Source of the DNA: Octopus vulgaris
Taxonomy: Eukaryota
Assembly (NCBI GenBank): GCA_951406725.2
Contig: OX597828.1
Location: 57,536,001 to 57,600,000 of the forward strand
Reading direction: 5' to 3'
Length of the DNA: 64,000 bases
Below are positions 26,419 through 40,612 of this stretch, in pieces. The translations under genes were made by a program, and so were the position numbers. Numbering within the stretch: the first letter of the stretch is position 1; each line of letters starts with the position of its first letter. Below the pieces are notes generated by a model. That model was given only the letters and a program-made list of their open reading frames with translations. It was not told where the DNA came from and made no database searches.

Positions 26419-27004
26419 AGTATCTACTCTAATTCACTGTAAAATATTTATTTTTTCTGGTGCCCCAGCATGGCCCCCGCCTAAGGACTAAAACGTATAA
26501 CAATATAAAAGAATAATAGAACACTGAAGCATTGTGAAAGGATTCAAAGATTCAAGCAATAAAATAAAGGTTTCCGTACGAGATTCATTGTTCCTGTTCT
26601 CGTTATGGTTTTATATTATTTACATTGAAGTACGTTGTTTAAAGCCTTCCCATAGTATTCGGCTACCTGATGGATGATTATGTCGGTGGATTTCCATCAA
26701 GAATTCCTTTATGTGCGGAGAGATTATATTGGAAAATGTGAGACAGAAAATGAAATTCACTGAACTCTTTATTCACAGCCATCACGACTGGTTCAAACGT
26801 TTTCTCGGTCGACTGTTTTCGTTCCGTTTCGCTTATTTCTATAACAATACACTTTTTTTTTAATGTAATTGTGTCTTATCGATGTATTATATTTTATTTT
26901 ATTATTTTATTTATGTGTGCGTGTGCGTGTATGCGTGTTTGTATGTGTGTGTGTGTATGTGTGTATATTTATTTATCTGTGTCTGACTTTGTGTCTGTGT
27001 TTGA

Positions 27005-27199
27005 CTCCCACCATCACTTGTCAACGAATGTTGGTGAGTTTTCGTTTCCGAAACGTAGCTGTTCGCCAAAGAGACTGATAGAATAAGAACTAAGTTTACA
27101 AAGAATAAATTCAGAGGTCGATCATTTTTACTCAAAAACACTTAATGGCGGTGCTCCATTATGGCCGCAGTCAAATGCCTGAAACGAGTAGAAGAATAG

Positions 27200-27200
<1 letters not shown>
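27005..27200 (+). mobile_element. Degenerate SINE family A 3' half
   Basis: ggcggtgctccattatggccgcagtcaaatgcctgaaac. Confidence 0.8.
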
Positions 27201-27238
<38 letters not shown>

Positions 27239-27484
27239 TACATTATTATGAATAAATTCCTCGTCTCTGAGTATGAAATATCTCCTCATATCTTCGGAAA
27301 TTACACCTGCATTATTATGGATGGATTTACCTTTTCTGTGAAACTAACAAACTTTTTTAAAAACCTTTTATAAAACTGTGCATCATTAGAGAACTTTTGA
27401 AGTCTGCTTACAATCTAATTTTGCTTTTTATAGAACCTCTCTTTTTATAGAACTCTCTTCGATACTTCATGAGTGTAGCCTCAC

Positions 27485-27599
27485 CCCCTAGGATGTTTGG
27501 AAAACTCATATGTGTTTTGGCTGATGAATACAGGACACTTGTATTTGCTGCAATATTCGCAGCTTTTAATAAAGCTGTTCTTCGTATGAAACAATTGTA
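27485..27599 (-). CDS. Putative exon (115 nt), two frames open
   Basis: Acceptor agttgttcag, donor gtgagg. Reads YNCFIRRTALLKAANIAANTSVLYSSAKTHMSFPNILG or QLFHTKNSFIKSCEYCSKYKCPVFISQNTYEFSKHPR. Confidence 0.55.
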
Positions 27600-28145
27600 C
27601 TGAACAACTAATCAATTCTTGTTGCTTTTTTCTTGTATATATATATTGTATATATATAATATATGTATATAATATATATATATGTATATGTATGTATATT
27701 AGCCCATCCTTCCAACTTTTCTGCACAGTATTCCTGGGCGAGTTGTGGGGTTAGAATCATCACACACCACCTGTATAGGGTTCTATAATGTACACATACA
27801 TACATACATACATACATACATACATACATACATACATACATACATACATACATACATGTTGTCTACACTGTATGTGCAATTATTTTTTTCTCTTTTATAT
27901 TCATCTTGCAGAGTATGTTTAGCACTAAATTTTCCTTGACTGATTTGCCCGTATTTCTGAGACATGTGTGAAACTATGAAAGGTTTATACGAACCTACAA
28001 AATATTATATATATTTGATTACTTATAAAAGCATTGTTGAGTGTTAGTTTTCTAACTGTTTATAATTTTTATATATGTTCACTACATTTCCAGGATTTAC
28101 GAGATCATATCAGACGTGATGCTTAATGGAAATATTTTCACTTAC

Positions 28146-28229
28146 TAAGCCATCGTAAATGTAATGCACATATCTTGTAATCCTCGCTGATGCTTTCAAA
28201 GATGAAGTTAGTTTCAATTTCATGTTTGG
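28146..28229 (-). CDS. Putative exon (84 nt), two frames open
   Basis: Acceptor ccattttcccag, donor gtaagt. Reads PNMKLKLTSSLKASARITRYVHYIYDGL or KHEIETNFIFESISEDYKICALHLRWL. Confidence 0.55.
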
Positions 28230-28668
28230 CTGGGAAAATGGATTTCTTACATAATCACTAAAACAATTTCGTTAAAGTCCATTCCATGATAGCAATACCA
28301 TTACATACTAGAAATTATATATGATAATAAGGAATGATATGCAATCAGATTAAAGTGTATGTTACTTGTTTCATATCTGAACAGATGTGACTCTAAATAA
28401 ATTGCATAATGCATTTCTTTTAACTTTCTACCTCGTCTATTTATCTAATAGTCACAGAGAGGTGGTTAGACAAGCATACAGCTAGATAAGAGGGACGTTA
28501 AAAGCATATGTACATACATAAACACACATACACACAACACGTACATATATACGTATTTATACGCATAGATCAGTCTATGTTAACATATAAGTCAATATAT
28601 AGGTTTTTATGACACACAGTGACCTAAGTAAATATTGCAGATGGTGTGACCAGTTAAAACACCGATCG

Positions 28669-28713
<45 letters not shown>

Positions 28714-28869
28714 CATGCGCGCATGTCTGAGTGTGTGTGTGTGTGTATGAGGGGGGGTGTTTTGCAGCTGTGTATCATGTTTGTATGTATGGATGTGTAT
28801 CTCCGTATGTGTGGACGTGTGTCTCTATATGTACCCTTGAGTGAAGTAAAGCGTGTGTGTATATATCTT

Positions 28870-29084
28870 TAACTTGTTTCAGTCATTTGACTGCGGCCAT
28901 GCTGGAACACCGCCTTTAGTCGGGCAAACCGACCCCAGAACTTATTCTTTGTAAGCCTAGTACTTATTCTGCCGGTTTCTTTTGCCGAACCGCTAAGTTA
29001 CAGGGACGTAAACACACCAGCATCGGTTGTCAAGCGATGTTGGGGCGACAAACACAGACACAAATACACACATACATACACGCG

Positions 29085-29170
<86 letters not shown>

Positions 29171-29330
29171 TACGACGGACTTCTTTCAGTTTCCGTCTAC
29201 CAAATCCACTTACAAGGCTTTGGTCGGCCCGAGGCTATAGTAGAAGACCCTTGCCCAAGGTGCCACGCATTGGCACTGGTCCCGGAACCATGTGGTTGGC
29301 AAGCAAGCTACTTACCACACAGCCACTCCT
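28870..29330 (-). mobile_element. Full SINE family A
   Basis: Complete head, microsatellite and tail structure. Confidence 0.92.
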
Positions 29331-29754
29331 AGTCATGTGTTTCAGTCTTCATTTGCGTATGCATGCGTATGTGTGTTTGTCTGTTCATATACTAAGTTAA
29401 AAATCTAAAGGAAGTTATACATCGTGTTTGCTCTACACGCCTAATTGTAATTCTGAAGTTAATACAATCATAAATATGAAAAATTGTTATTGATTGATAA
29501 GTTTTTAATGATTATTTTGTTGAATGAGTGAGCATTAATTATTTGCTCGGTATCGTGATGAATAAAATAAATTTTTATGGAAAGAGTTTATATTCCAGTA
29601 GATTTGAGAGCTGCTGCCAGAATCAAAATTTTATTGAAATCATAAATACTGTATCACACCTTTGCCTCTTTCTTTTTATATCAATAAGACTATTGCCAGC
29701 ACATTAAAAAACTCAGTGTTATGTATCTCTCTCTCTCTCTCTTTTATCTCTATC

Positions 29755-29791
<37 letters not shown>

Positions 29792-30126
29792 TTATCTATC
29801 TATCTATATTTTTTTAAATACATATCTATCTATTTCTGGCGAAAATACAGTTAAGACCGATGATAAAGGTTCTATTTCTTACAAAATATTTTGTTACTAA
29901 CAGCATACAAATCATTTTTATCTTTTACACCTTATGCAGAATTTATTTCTCCTTCGAATGATGCAGACAATAACTATTTTTATACAACTTGAAGAATTCT
30001 AATGCTAAATTAATATAATTGTAATATGTATGCAATTTTTTTTTTTGCCAAAATGGGTGGTCACACAACTAGCCTAACTGCACTATATAGTGTTATAATT
30101 TAATGTTATTATACAATTTATTAATA

Positions 30127-30885
30127 ATGGGAAAACTACGTTGCCTCAGTCTAGCCACGAGAGCAAAAATCGTATTATTCTACGAGCAAGACACTAAAGT
30201 GCAGTAAAATAGCTTGCGTGCAAGTGTTGAAGTTATACTCGGAGACTGGTAAGTATAAAGATCGGCAAAGGACTGGCACCCCAAGAATAACGACGGCGCA
30301 GTTAGACCGTCGAATCCTCCGAATTTGAGAAGACAACCGAATGCTGACAGCTGTAAACGCCACAAACCTTCTGCAACCGTTTGAGAGAATTTGGACTACA
30401 TGGACGAATCGCTAGGAAAAAGCCAATAATATCCGAAAGAAAATGACTCAAACGCCCTAATTTCGCAAAAAGCCATGCTCAATAAACTGCCGAAGATTGG
30501 TGCAGGGTCCTTTGGAGAGACGAGTTCGCTTCTGTACATTTGTATCAGATGGTAAAACATACGTCAGACGTCACCCAACCGAGGAATTCCATCCGAAATG
30601 CGCGAAAAAGATGGCGCAAGCGGGGGTAGGGGTGTGATGGTGTGGGCGGCATTTAGTAGCTTCGGTGTTAGCCCTCTAGTTAAAGTTGCTGGAAAGCTAA
30701 ATAGTGTAGGTTATGTGAATCTACTAAATGATAATGTGCCATATTTAACTCACCAAATGCCTCCGGGGGCTATTTATCAGGACAATAGTCCTGTGCACAA
30801 AGCAAAAAGGTTATGGAGTTTTTTGATCACCATAATATTGAGCAAGAAAATGTTCTATGTTGAATTACCACCCGCAGCCACGTGA
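30127..30885 (+). pseudogene. Tc1 (DD34E-type) transposase remnant
   Basis: RTGTPRITTAQLDRRILR; DWCRVLWRDE; YVRRHPTEEFHPKC; GGRGVMVWAAFS; YQDNSPVHKAK. Confidence 0.85.
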
Positions 30886-31050
30886 AGAACATTTCCATGC
30901 AGTTCTGAGTAGGAAAACCATCTGCTCCATACATGGTATAAATATCTCGAGACACGTTGGCGGCTTTGAAACCTTGACTAAAAGCGTTAATCAGATATCC
31001 GAAATGGTTTCTTTCCTACAAGACACTCCTTTGTAATATATCTGAAGAAA
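30886..31050 (-). pseudogene. Mariner transposase N-terminal fragment
   Basis: Minus strand: ..AFSQGFKAANVSRDIYTMYGADG..RTAWK. Confidence 0.6.
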
Positions 31051-31721
31051 AAAAGTAAAATTATTCAAATTTTAAAAGCAATAGACAGAGAATAGGTCTA
31101 TAAAAAAACTATTAAAGGCTATTAGAAATAATTTTTCTCTTTGAAAGAAATAATATTGGAAAGAATTGATTGATTTTCATCGGAGAATATGCATGTTTTT
31201 ATGTATGTTGTGTATGTATGTTTGTATGTATGTATGTATGTATGTATGTACGTACGTACGTATGTATGTACGTACGTATGTATGTATGTATGTATGTATG
31301 TATGTATGTATGTATGTATCTATGTATCAGCCAATATGTATTTTTATATGCATACATGTTTTGTATGTCTGCATGTATGTGTGGATATGTATATATGTGT
31401 GTTACAGATGAGTTTAAAAGTAAAGCAAAATGAAAAAAAACAGAATCAGCTGGAAACTTCTGGTGGGTAAATATTCAAGTAATAAAAAATAGGAATCTAC
31501 GACTTTTAGTGAGAGAAATATTATAAATATTATATCTGAGTGAAAGATTTCAAAGGAACATTCTCAATAAATGCATCTCAATTTTATGAAATTTCAATTT
31601 AGTCAAATATATTGTACTTTAATAGATTAGGAAACCACAAGATATCAGACATTAAAAACGATCTAGTGTCCAATGATACGACGAAATTATTACAATGCCA
31701 TCGAAAGGCATAGGAAGACAT

Positions 31722-31770
<49 letters not shown>

Positions 31771-31869
31771 AATTTTAAATTTTATGAATTATATGGAGTA
31801 TTATTTACTCTTGTTTGATAACAATAGAATTATATACATTACTATGAGTATTAAAATAGAATGTGTTGA

Positions 31870-32395
31870 AAGCTACGAGCTGACAGGAGCGTTCGTGCAG
31901 CGGGCAAAATATTGAGCGGTATTTCTTTCAACGAGCCGGCAGAAACGTGAGCACGCCGGGTGAAATGCTTAGCGGTATTTCGCCTGCCGTTACGTTCTGA
32001 GTTCAAATTCCGCCGAGGTCGACTTTGCCTTTCATCCTTTTGGGTCGATAAATTAAGTACCAGATACGCACTGGGGTCAATGTAATTGACTTAATACCTA
32101 TGTCTGTCCTTGTTTGTCTCTTCTGTGTTTAGCCTCTTGTGGGTAGTAAAGAAATAGGTATTTCTTTCGACTTTAAATTCTGAGTTCAAATGCTGCCAGT
32201 GTCACCTTTGCCTATCAACATTTCTGGGCCGATAAAATAACTACCAGTTGAACAGTGAGTTCGATGTAATCGACTCACCACCCGCTTCACATAAAACCGC
32301 GAGTATTGTGTCAAAATTTGAAGCCAATATAGAATGGGTTGAATGTGGCGAGACGGCGGAAGCGTTAGCGCGCCGGTTAAACAGCTTAGCGCTAT
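31870..32395 (+). mobile_element. Nested SINE family C cluster: younger copy 31930-32156 with 12-bp TSD inside an older copy, plus a head fragment
   Basis: TSD ggtatttctttc at 31918-31929 and 32157-32168. Confidence 0.85.
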
Positions 32396-32879
32396 AGTGT
32401 AGTTATAGTATTCGAGTGTTTAAAATTATTTCTTTATTTCCTTTGACACGGTTGAAACGTCCCCACCAGAATCTTGCAGTTTCACCCGAAAATTATGTGC
32501 AAAACATCTTACAACATTTATTAAGATGACAATTTCTTAACCGGTGGGTTTCGCACGTATGGCGAGAATGACTGAATTTCGGTAGCTATCATTTTATAGG
32601 CTATGGGGTTTGACAAAGTATCAATAGCCTTTTAATGGGTTTCAAGAGAATTACGTATCCTAAGAGGCACCTCGCACGCTGTATAGGGAGTTAAAACCAG
32701 TCTTTAGACATGCATAAGAATATGGAAGAAAGACTAAATATAGGATTCTATACCAGCAAAGATCTGAATATTTGTCACAATAATTTACTGCGAGTTTCAC
32801 TGGGAAAAGATTCTTTCAAACTGTGATAGTTTGTATTACCCACTCCTTCATCGAAAGTTTGAAATAACTACAAATAACG

Positions 32880-33700
32880 AGATGAGCTGTCACAAACCGC
32901 AGAGGCTGGACAAAGTTGGAAAACTGTGAGAGTGGTTACATGAAGAAAAGGTGAGTTAACCAATGGGATACTCTCCAAGCAGACAGTAAAACTGACTGGA
33001 ATGCCTGAGGGAACAGTTTGGCGCCGGTGATGTTTGTGGTTTCTCGTTCGGTCATGCCATTAGTTACACAGACGGTCACACTACCAGCGCCTACGATACA
33101 AATGCAGCACAGACAGTCAAGGAATATGTCGATGCTATCTTCAACAAGATCTAGATGATTTATATAAATGTGTTGAAGAATACGAAATTTAATGTAGGAA
33201 AAATCTAAGCCTGCTCCTATCAGACAGCGTGCTCTAGCATGCCGCAATAAAGATATTTTGGACTAAATGTTGCAGCAATCCCAGAGACAAACACAGTGCT
33301 TAACGTGTGGATCGATATGAACAACGGTGCCTCATCTGATGCATATATCTCCGAGATGGTGGCAATGTCCAGGTGAATGGCCACATGCATTCAGAAAACT
33401 TTCGGAGCAAAGAACCACTAAACTAAACTGGTTATATGGAGGTTATTTTTACTCACCTATCTGCACTTCTGTTCTCAACTATTTTTACCCCGCAGTGTCA
33501 AATTAATAACGGAACTTGAGGCAGCTGAGCGGCGCTGCACGAGGAAGACTGCATTAACAGAAAGACTGGGCTTCTGCGAGAGACTGAAAGATATATGGCT
33601 CTAGTCCCTGGAGCATAGGCGTGAGAGATATGCGGAATATCCGAGAGAGCATAGCACCAAACTTTGGCATCGAGAGTTATACCAGCCCCTGCAGGAAGAG
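32880..33700 (+). mobile_element. CR1-like LINE RT / 3' remnant
   Basis: GMPEGTV.APVMFVV; LQQDLDDLYKCVEE; EAAERRCTRK..ERLKDIWL*SLEHRRERYA. Confidence 0.75.
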
Positions 33701-33788
33701 CTAACTCTCTCCTTTCTTCGTGCGTCGTATTAATACATCGCTTGTGCTGTCCTCACGTGTGCTTTTTTTCTTTTACTTTTTCTATTTT

Positions 33789-33850
<62 letters not shown>

Positions 33851-34866
33851 TACATACATACATACATACATACATACATACATACATACATACTTATAGA
33901 TATAAAGTGTACAATAGAATATTATAGCTATGGCGCCTGCAAACACAGGAAATATAAAATTTTACCCCTTAGAGAATTATGAGCTTTAAAATATATTTAT
34001 GTAATTGTATATGACTCAATAAAATGACAAACGGCAAATTTTCATGAAAATATAGAATTTTTGATTTTTTGAAAATTTCTATGAGAATTATTCCATTTCA
34101 AAAGAATGCAAAAAATACAAGTAGTTAACCATGTCACATCTGGCTTCTAAATCAGAACCTTATCGTAAATTATTGTCCTATTAATTGGCCGTCTGAACGA
34201 AGACCACGCAATACAACTGAAATATCTGGCTTCTTGTCATGATTTGTCGAATCGGTATTCCCCACATGGTTTCTAGAAACACATGCTGCATAAATGTTCT
34301 CATAAGCGCATATGTAACAGGAGGGTACACAGACACATAGCTGTGTCAATATCGACACGTACGGGTGTTGGTATGAATATGTATAGTGGTAGGCGGTAGT
34401 ATAAGAAGGTGTGCATATATGCACGCGCTCGTGCCTGTATCTAGGGTTTATGGAAGTATACATAGAAAAGTATATATTTGCGCGAACATGACTTACTATA
34501 GAAGCATATTTCTCAATCAAACTTTACCAGAGGCCTATAAATCCTAAGGCCATTAACCCGGTTTCCGTTTGACCGGAATCACAACATTACCCCATGAAAG
34601 TGACAACCGTTCATTGCAGTGTTCAAAGCCAGAAATTATGATGTGAGTGCATATGTCGATAACATCGGCCCCCAATACTGGACTGGTATCACGAAGGTTT
34701 GAGACAAACTTCATCTTAACGTGATTTTAACTTAAAACGTAAAGCTAACGGTTCTGCCTGTTCAAAAGATTGTGCATGTATGTAGATATCTATTTTAATT
34801 CTATTTTTACACACATACACACACACACACAAACACACACAAACATATACATACACACACACACAA

Positions 34867-34912
<46 letters not shown>

Positions 34913-35322
34913 ATGTGTGTGTGTATACATGCATATTTACATATTTACATATATATATATATGCGCATGTGTTTGTATGTGTATGAATGTGTATATGTCA
35001 TATCATTATAACTAGCTCATTCAAGTGCTAATTTAGGCGGTTAATGAGTGACGTAGCTTTGATGTTGTGAATAACAGTTAAAAGTTTTATTGCAGATACG
35101 ACGATTGAACTTCAGTCAGGCAGGCGATGCAAGAAACTTTCTCTGGCTTATTCAACTCTATTATTAATAAATGTATTTATATTTATATGTGTATACAACC
35201 TTTATAAATATCGATACAAATACGTATATTATTAACATATTATTATAATATAGTTACGCACTCTTATATTGTTAATATATTGTTATAATATATTTATCTC
35301 GGCTGAGTGGTGTATACAGTGA

Positions 35323-35324
<2 letters not shown>

Positions 35325-35365
<41 letters not shown>

Positions 35366-35498
35366 CTGTGTGCGTGCGCGTGCGTGTGTGTGTGTGTGTG
35401 CGCGCGCGTGCGTGTGTGTGTGTGTGTCTGTGTGCGTGTGTGTGTGTGCGCGTGCGTGTGTGTGTGTGCCTGTGTGTGTGTGCGCGTGTGTGTGTGTG

Positions 35499-35530
<32 letters not shown>

Positions 35531-35571
35531 CGTGTGTGTGTGTGCGCATGCGTGTGTGTGTGTGTGTGCAT

Positions 35572-35612
<41 letters not shown>

Positions 35613-35657
35613 TGCGTGTGTGTGCGTGTGTGTGTGTGTGCGTGCGTGTGTGTGTGC

Positions 35658-35742
<85 letters not shown>

Positions 35743-35750
35743 CGTGTGTC
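35325..35750. repeat. (TG)n/(CG) alternating purine-pyrimidine tract
   Basis: Seen directly. Confidence 0.98.
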
Positions 35751-36768
35751 TGTGTTTATATGTACGTAAATGAGGATCTATCGGTTACAAATAGGCAGAT
35801 CAAATAACGTCTGATGGCCGGACATAATGACACAATCAACGGATGAAAGAATTTTACAGAACAAAGAAAATCTCCAACGCAGAATAGCTGTGAAAATAGC
35901 TTAGAAGATCGGAGGGAAAAGGTGACCAGTAAGTCGCTACATAGAATCGAACCCTGTTCCTCTCAAACTCCGGCTGATAGTTTGTTTATAAAAAAATGTT
36001 CTCGGATGAAACAATCTATTCAAGTAGTGAAAGAGAACTTCAAGGAATGGATATTTAGAGGGATTTTGGTATTTCGCAAATCCAGAAGAATTCACAGTTA
36101 TATGGCACGTAAATCGTGACACAAAAGTGTTTCATTAACAAATTTTATTGTGGCGTAAACGTCATACAAATAGTTATGTATAGAAGTATAACAGAAAAAA
36201 GTTTATGCATGCGTTACATATAAACTCTGAAATTTTCCTATAATGTCATAGTTCAAATAAGTAGATGGTGATTTGACTATATGTTGATTTCAAAACGACA
36301 CATGAAATCAATTGAAGAAACTACTTCCCAATATTGAAGTAGGCCAGTTTACAATTGGCCAGTCAAAACCTTGGGGATATTAACTACAACATGCAATCAA
36401 TTCATAACAGGAAGTGGGTATGCTAAGACAACTAAGTTTAATTACATGTAGTATAAAGTACATAACAGGCTAAACGTAGAGTAAACTAAATGTATTGTAC
36501 CATCTCACAAAAGAACGTTTATCAAGTTGGGTGTCTTATAGTCAAATGTTAGCGTCGCCATTTTATTACTTACTAATATTGGCATCTGTCTACTATACCA
36601 GACACCAAAATATAGAAAACTACGGCTGCGTTAATCCATCAAGAGTCAACGGAGACAATAAAATCGGTTGTATTATGTAGAGTATGGAATATTGTCCGGC
36701 ATACATATCTTGCCGAGGCTAGCATCTAAGCTAAACATGTATAAAAAGTTTTTTTAAAAGTATTAGAC

Positions 36769-37057
36769 CAGTGGTTCCCAAACCGTTTTGGACTTCTGCC
36801 TGCTTGGCACCCAGACTGCATTCTTTTGTGCTCCCCTCCCCCATTAACCTTCACAAGCGGAGAACATTTTCTGCAGCAAAATCAATACAATCGTATTTCA
36901 TAAAAAAAAGTTAACCTGATTGACCTACTATGTTGTTTACTTTTACATCCACCACCCCTTTTCGCCATCCCATTATTGCCCCATACTTCTTCAACACCTC
37001 CCTGATTTTTTTCCACTGCCACCAGGCAAGCGATATTGCTTACTTTGAGAAACACTG
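36769..37057. mobile_element. hAT (Charlie-type) MITE
   Basis: TIRs cagtggttcccaaa / tttgagaaacactg; 8-bp TSD tattagac / tattagag. Confidence 0.85.
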
Positions 37058-37367
37058 TATTAGAGAATACCAAATGCCTAAATTAATGTCTTATCTATAA
37101 ATATAGTGAGTTAATATAGAGAGAATTAATATATAGAAGACTATAAGAATTAGGGAAAAATTAGAAAATGATTGCAGAGAGATAAGGTTAACGTCATTAA
37201 AAATGAGAGAACATTTAGAGGAAAACAATCGTAAACAAATACAAATTGAAAGAGATACAAATATAATTGTATATAGACTGGAATAAATTTGATTGGTTCA
37301 GACACAATCAGTGAAAAGATCAAATTTAAGCATAGAGAGTTAATTCCAAACATACTTGATATCCAAT

Positions 37368-37419
<52 letters not shown>

Positions 37420-37797
37420 TATATACATATATATATATATGTTATATTCTGATATAAGATTAATTATATAGCATGAATTAAAGAACCTAAGCGTATCGGA
37501 ATGCTAAAGTTTAAATGAGATATCACTTGAACTTATGCATGGGGATAAAAATAATTATAACTATAGAATCGAATCTATTGTCAGCTTAAAATATTTACAC
37601 TTAGATTTAAAAATTAATAAATGTAAAAGGAATTACGAAGAAAGATGTGTAGGGAGCTTAAAGAAATAACGTCATACGAGGGGAAGATAATACAAATACG
37701 AATACAAAAGGGGTATAATTATAGACAGATATATATATAGGTATGTGAATATATATGTATATTCATTTTGGCATAGGTGTATATATATATATATATC

Positions 37798-37885
<88 letters not shown>

Positions 37886-38499
37886 TGTATATATACGTAA
37901 ATACAGAAGGATGAAAATGAGTGCTCAACACCGCATTGGTTGATGGAATTTCATTATTTGTGAACTAAAGCAAGCATTGGTTTCATGTTAAGAAAAATAG
38001 GAAAGTATCTTAATGTCTTAACAAATTTTTCAAGCCGGTTACATGGAGGAATGGTGTTCGTCTCCATTTTGGATTAACAGAATGTCTCGTTGAATTCGCA
38101 GAGGTTCTCGTAAAGAAAACAACGAACCAACGAGGCAAAGAGTCCGATAGTAATTTGTTTGCATTATCTTATTTTATACTCTGGATATATATATGTCGGC
38201 ATTGACATATGAATAGCAAATTATTAAGTACAGTCATTTTAGTTAATGTTTTTGTTTACTTTGTGATACGACACCTGCCAAGATAGACAAGACATAGACA
38301 TTAGAACTGTTTCTTTATCAGTTTCATAGCATTCAGATTAATAATATCGATAAATAATGTTAGGGATTAATGCAATAGAAATGATGTAGATAGATGTAAT
38401 GTAAATACATGTTGAAATATTGAGATACTAGGGATGATTAAAATACTGAGATAATAAAAATTTTATTTGAATTATATGACTTTATTTTATTTCTTTGAT

Positions 38500-39347
38500 T
38501 ATATCGTAAACATGAACTACTATATCTAACTTTGTAATATAGAAAAATCATATATATATATATATATATCTTTCTCTGACCACCACACACTTTTACGCAC
38601 AATATTTACCTCATTTGCAAGCATACTCTATATTGCTGTATTTTATTTGTTTGAATATATCGTAAAACTGAACTATATTTAACTTTGTAAGATAAAAAAT
38701 TATATATATATATATATATATATTTGAATGTATATATATATATATATATATGACTCCCACACTCTTTTACGCACATTATTTCTCTCCTTCACAAGCATCC
38801 TCTATATTTTTTGCAATATATTTTGCTGTTGAGCAAGGAGAGGTGGGGAGATAAATAGATATATGCTTGTATGTATGCTTGTGAGTATATTGTTTTGTGT
38901 GTGTGTATATGTATGCGAGTAGATATATATATATATATATATATCATGTTTTATCTTACAAAGTTAAATATAGTTCAATTTTAACGATATATTCAAACAA
39001 ATAAAATACTAAAATACAGTAATATAGGGTATGCTTGCGAACGAGGTAAATATTGTGCGTAAAAGTGTGTGGGGGTCAGAGAAAGATATATATATGATTT
39101 TTATTATATTACAAAGTTATATATAGTAGTTCATTTTATATTTGAATGTATATATATATATATATATCTGACTCCCACACTCTTTTACGCACATTATTTC
39201 TCTCCTTCACAAGCATCCTCTATATTTTTTGCAATATATTTTGCTGTTGAGCAAGGAGAGGTGGGGAGATAAATAGATATATGCTTGTATGTATGCTTGT
39301 GAGTATATTGTTTTGTGTGTGTGTATATGTATGCGAGTAGATATATA
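38500..39347. repeat. Local A-B-A(inverted)-B rearrangement
   Basis: 38512-38700 is inverted at 38945-39133; 38723-38925 is repeated directly at 39140-39347. Confidence 0.9.
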
Positions 39348-40053
39348 GGGTGATATGAGTAATGTTTATTTCTTTTTAGTTTAGGAAAAGGAAATATGAG
39401 AGACAATCGAAATCGAGGCTGATGCGTAACAGGAGGAATTAAGTGGTGGTTCGATAGAGAATGTAAATAACAACATTACAGTGTACATTTCCTGTTGAAA
39501 ACTATTAAAAACAAAAGGAAAGCGAGAGAAAAATTGCACAAAAAAGAGAAAGATAAATAATGAAAAGATATACAGTGATGTCGGCAGAGGATCAGACAGA
39601 AAACTGCCGTTTCGTTTTCATATTAGAACGTCAATGTAAGTGACTAAATTACAGACTGAATATTGAAGATTAGCTAGATGTTCAGCCTCTCCAAAAGCAA
39701 CTTCCTTCGACTAAAATGTGGGGTACTCGTGCAAGACCTAATCACATTTAAAGCAACGGTGGGGTGCTATGTTGCCAACTGCTATTTAGTTTCATAAATA
39801 TAGATGATTTTCGTGCTGGCAAAAATGCCGTACATTTTATTTGTAGAAGTAGTAAAGGGTTGTTTAGAGTAATTGTGAGTCATATCTTGGTCATTCTTTA
39901 CAATTCAATAATATAAAAATATCGAAATATAGTTGTATTTTCTCTGAAATCATAAGAGATAGACGCAAATCAAAATATTGTCAAAAATTCATCCAGCAAT
40001 TTACAATCGTTGATACTTTGTTCACTTTGTTGATGTTTATTATTTGGCAATTA

Positions 40054-40571
40054 GGATCTTTTCAAATTTGTGGCCAGGACCCCAGATCTTTCTAGTTAAC
40101 TAAATAATTTGAAACTTTGTGTACTCATAGAGTGGAACTAGTTTATTCGCCAGTTGGAACTAGTTTATTTGAGAAAAATCTATTTTATGACTTTAATCGT
40201 AGATTAAGACTGCGAATTTTAACCAATGAGATTGCTTGTTTTCATATCTAAAACGTTACTGCGATCTGTTAGTGTGACGTTGAAAGCAGTTTTGTGACGT
40301 CTGCTATTTCTAAAAAGCTTTGTGTGTGGTAAAGTAATTTTTTTACTTTACCATATTTTTATAAATTATATCGGAGAATCCATATTTTTATAACATATAT
40401 CGGAGAATCCATGTGATTTTTCGTTGTTTTTCTCTTATACGTATGTGAATTATTTCTGAGTATGCATTGTCTGGGAGACTTTTTCTTGCAGTTGAGAATT
40501 TTTTGGCTGCTATTTCTAAAAAGCTCGGTGTGTGGTTAAGTAATTTTTTTACTTTACCATATTTTTATAAA

Positions 40572-40612
<41 letters not shown>

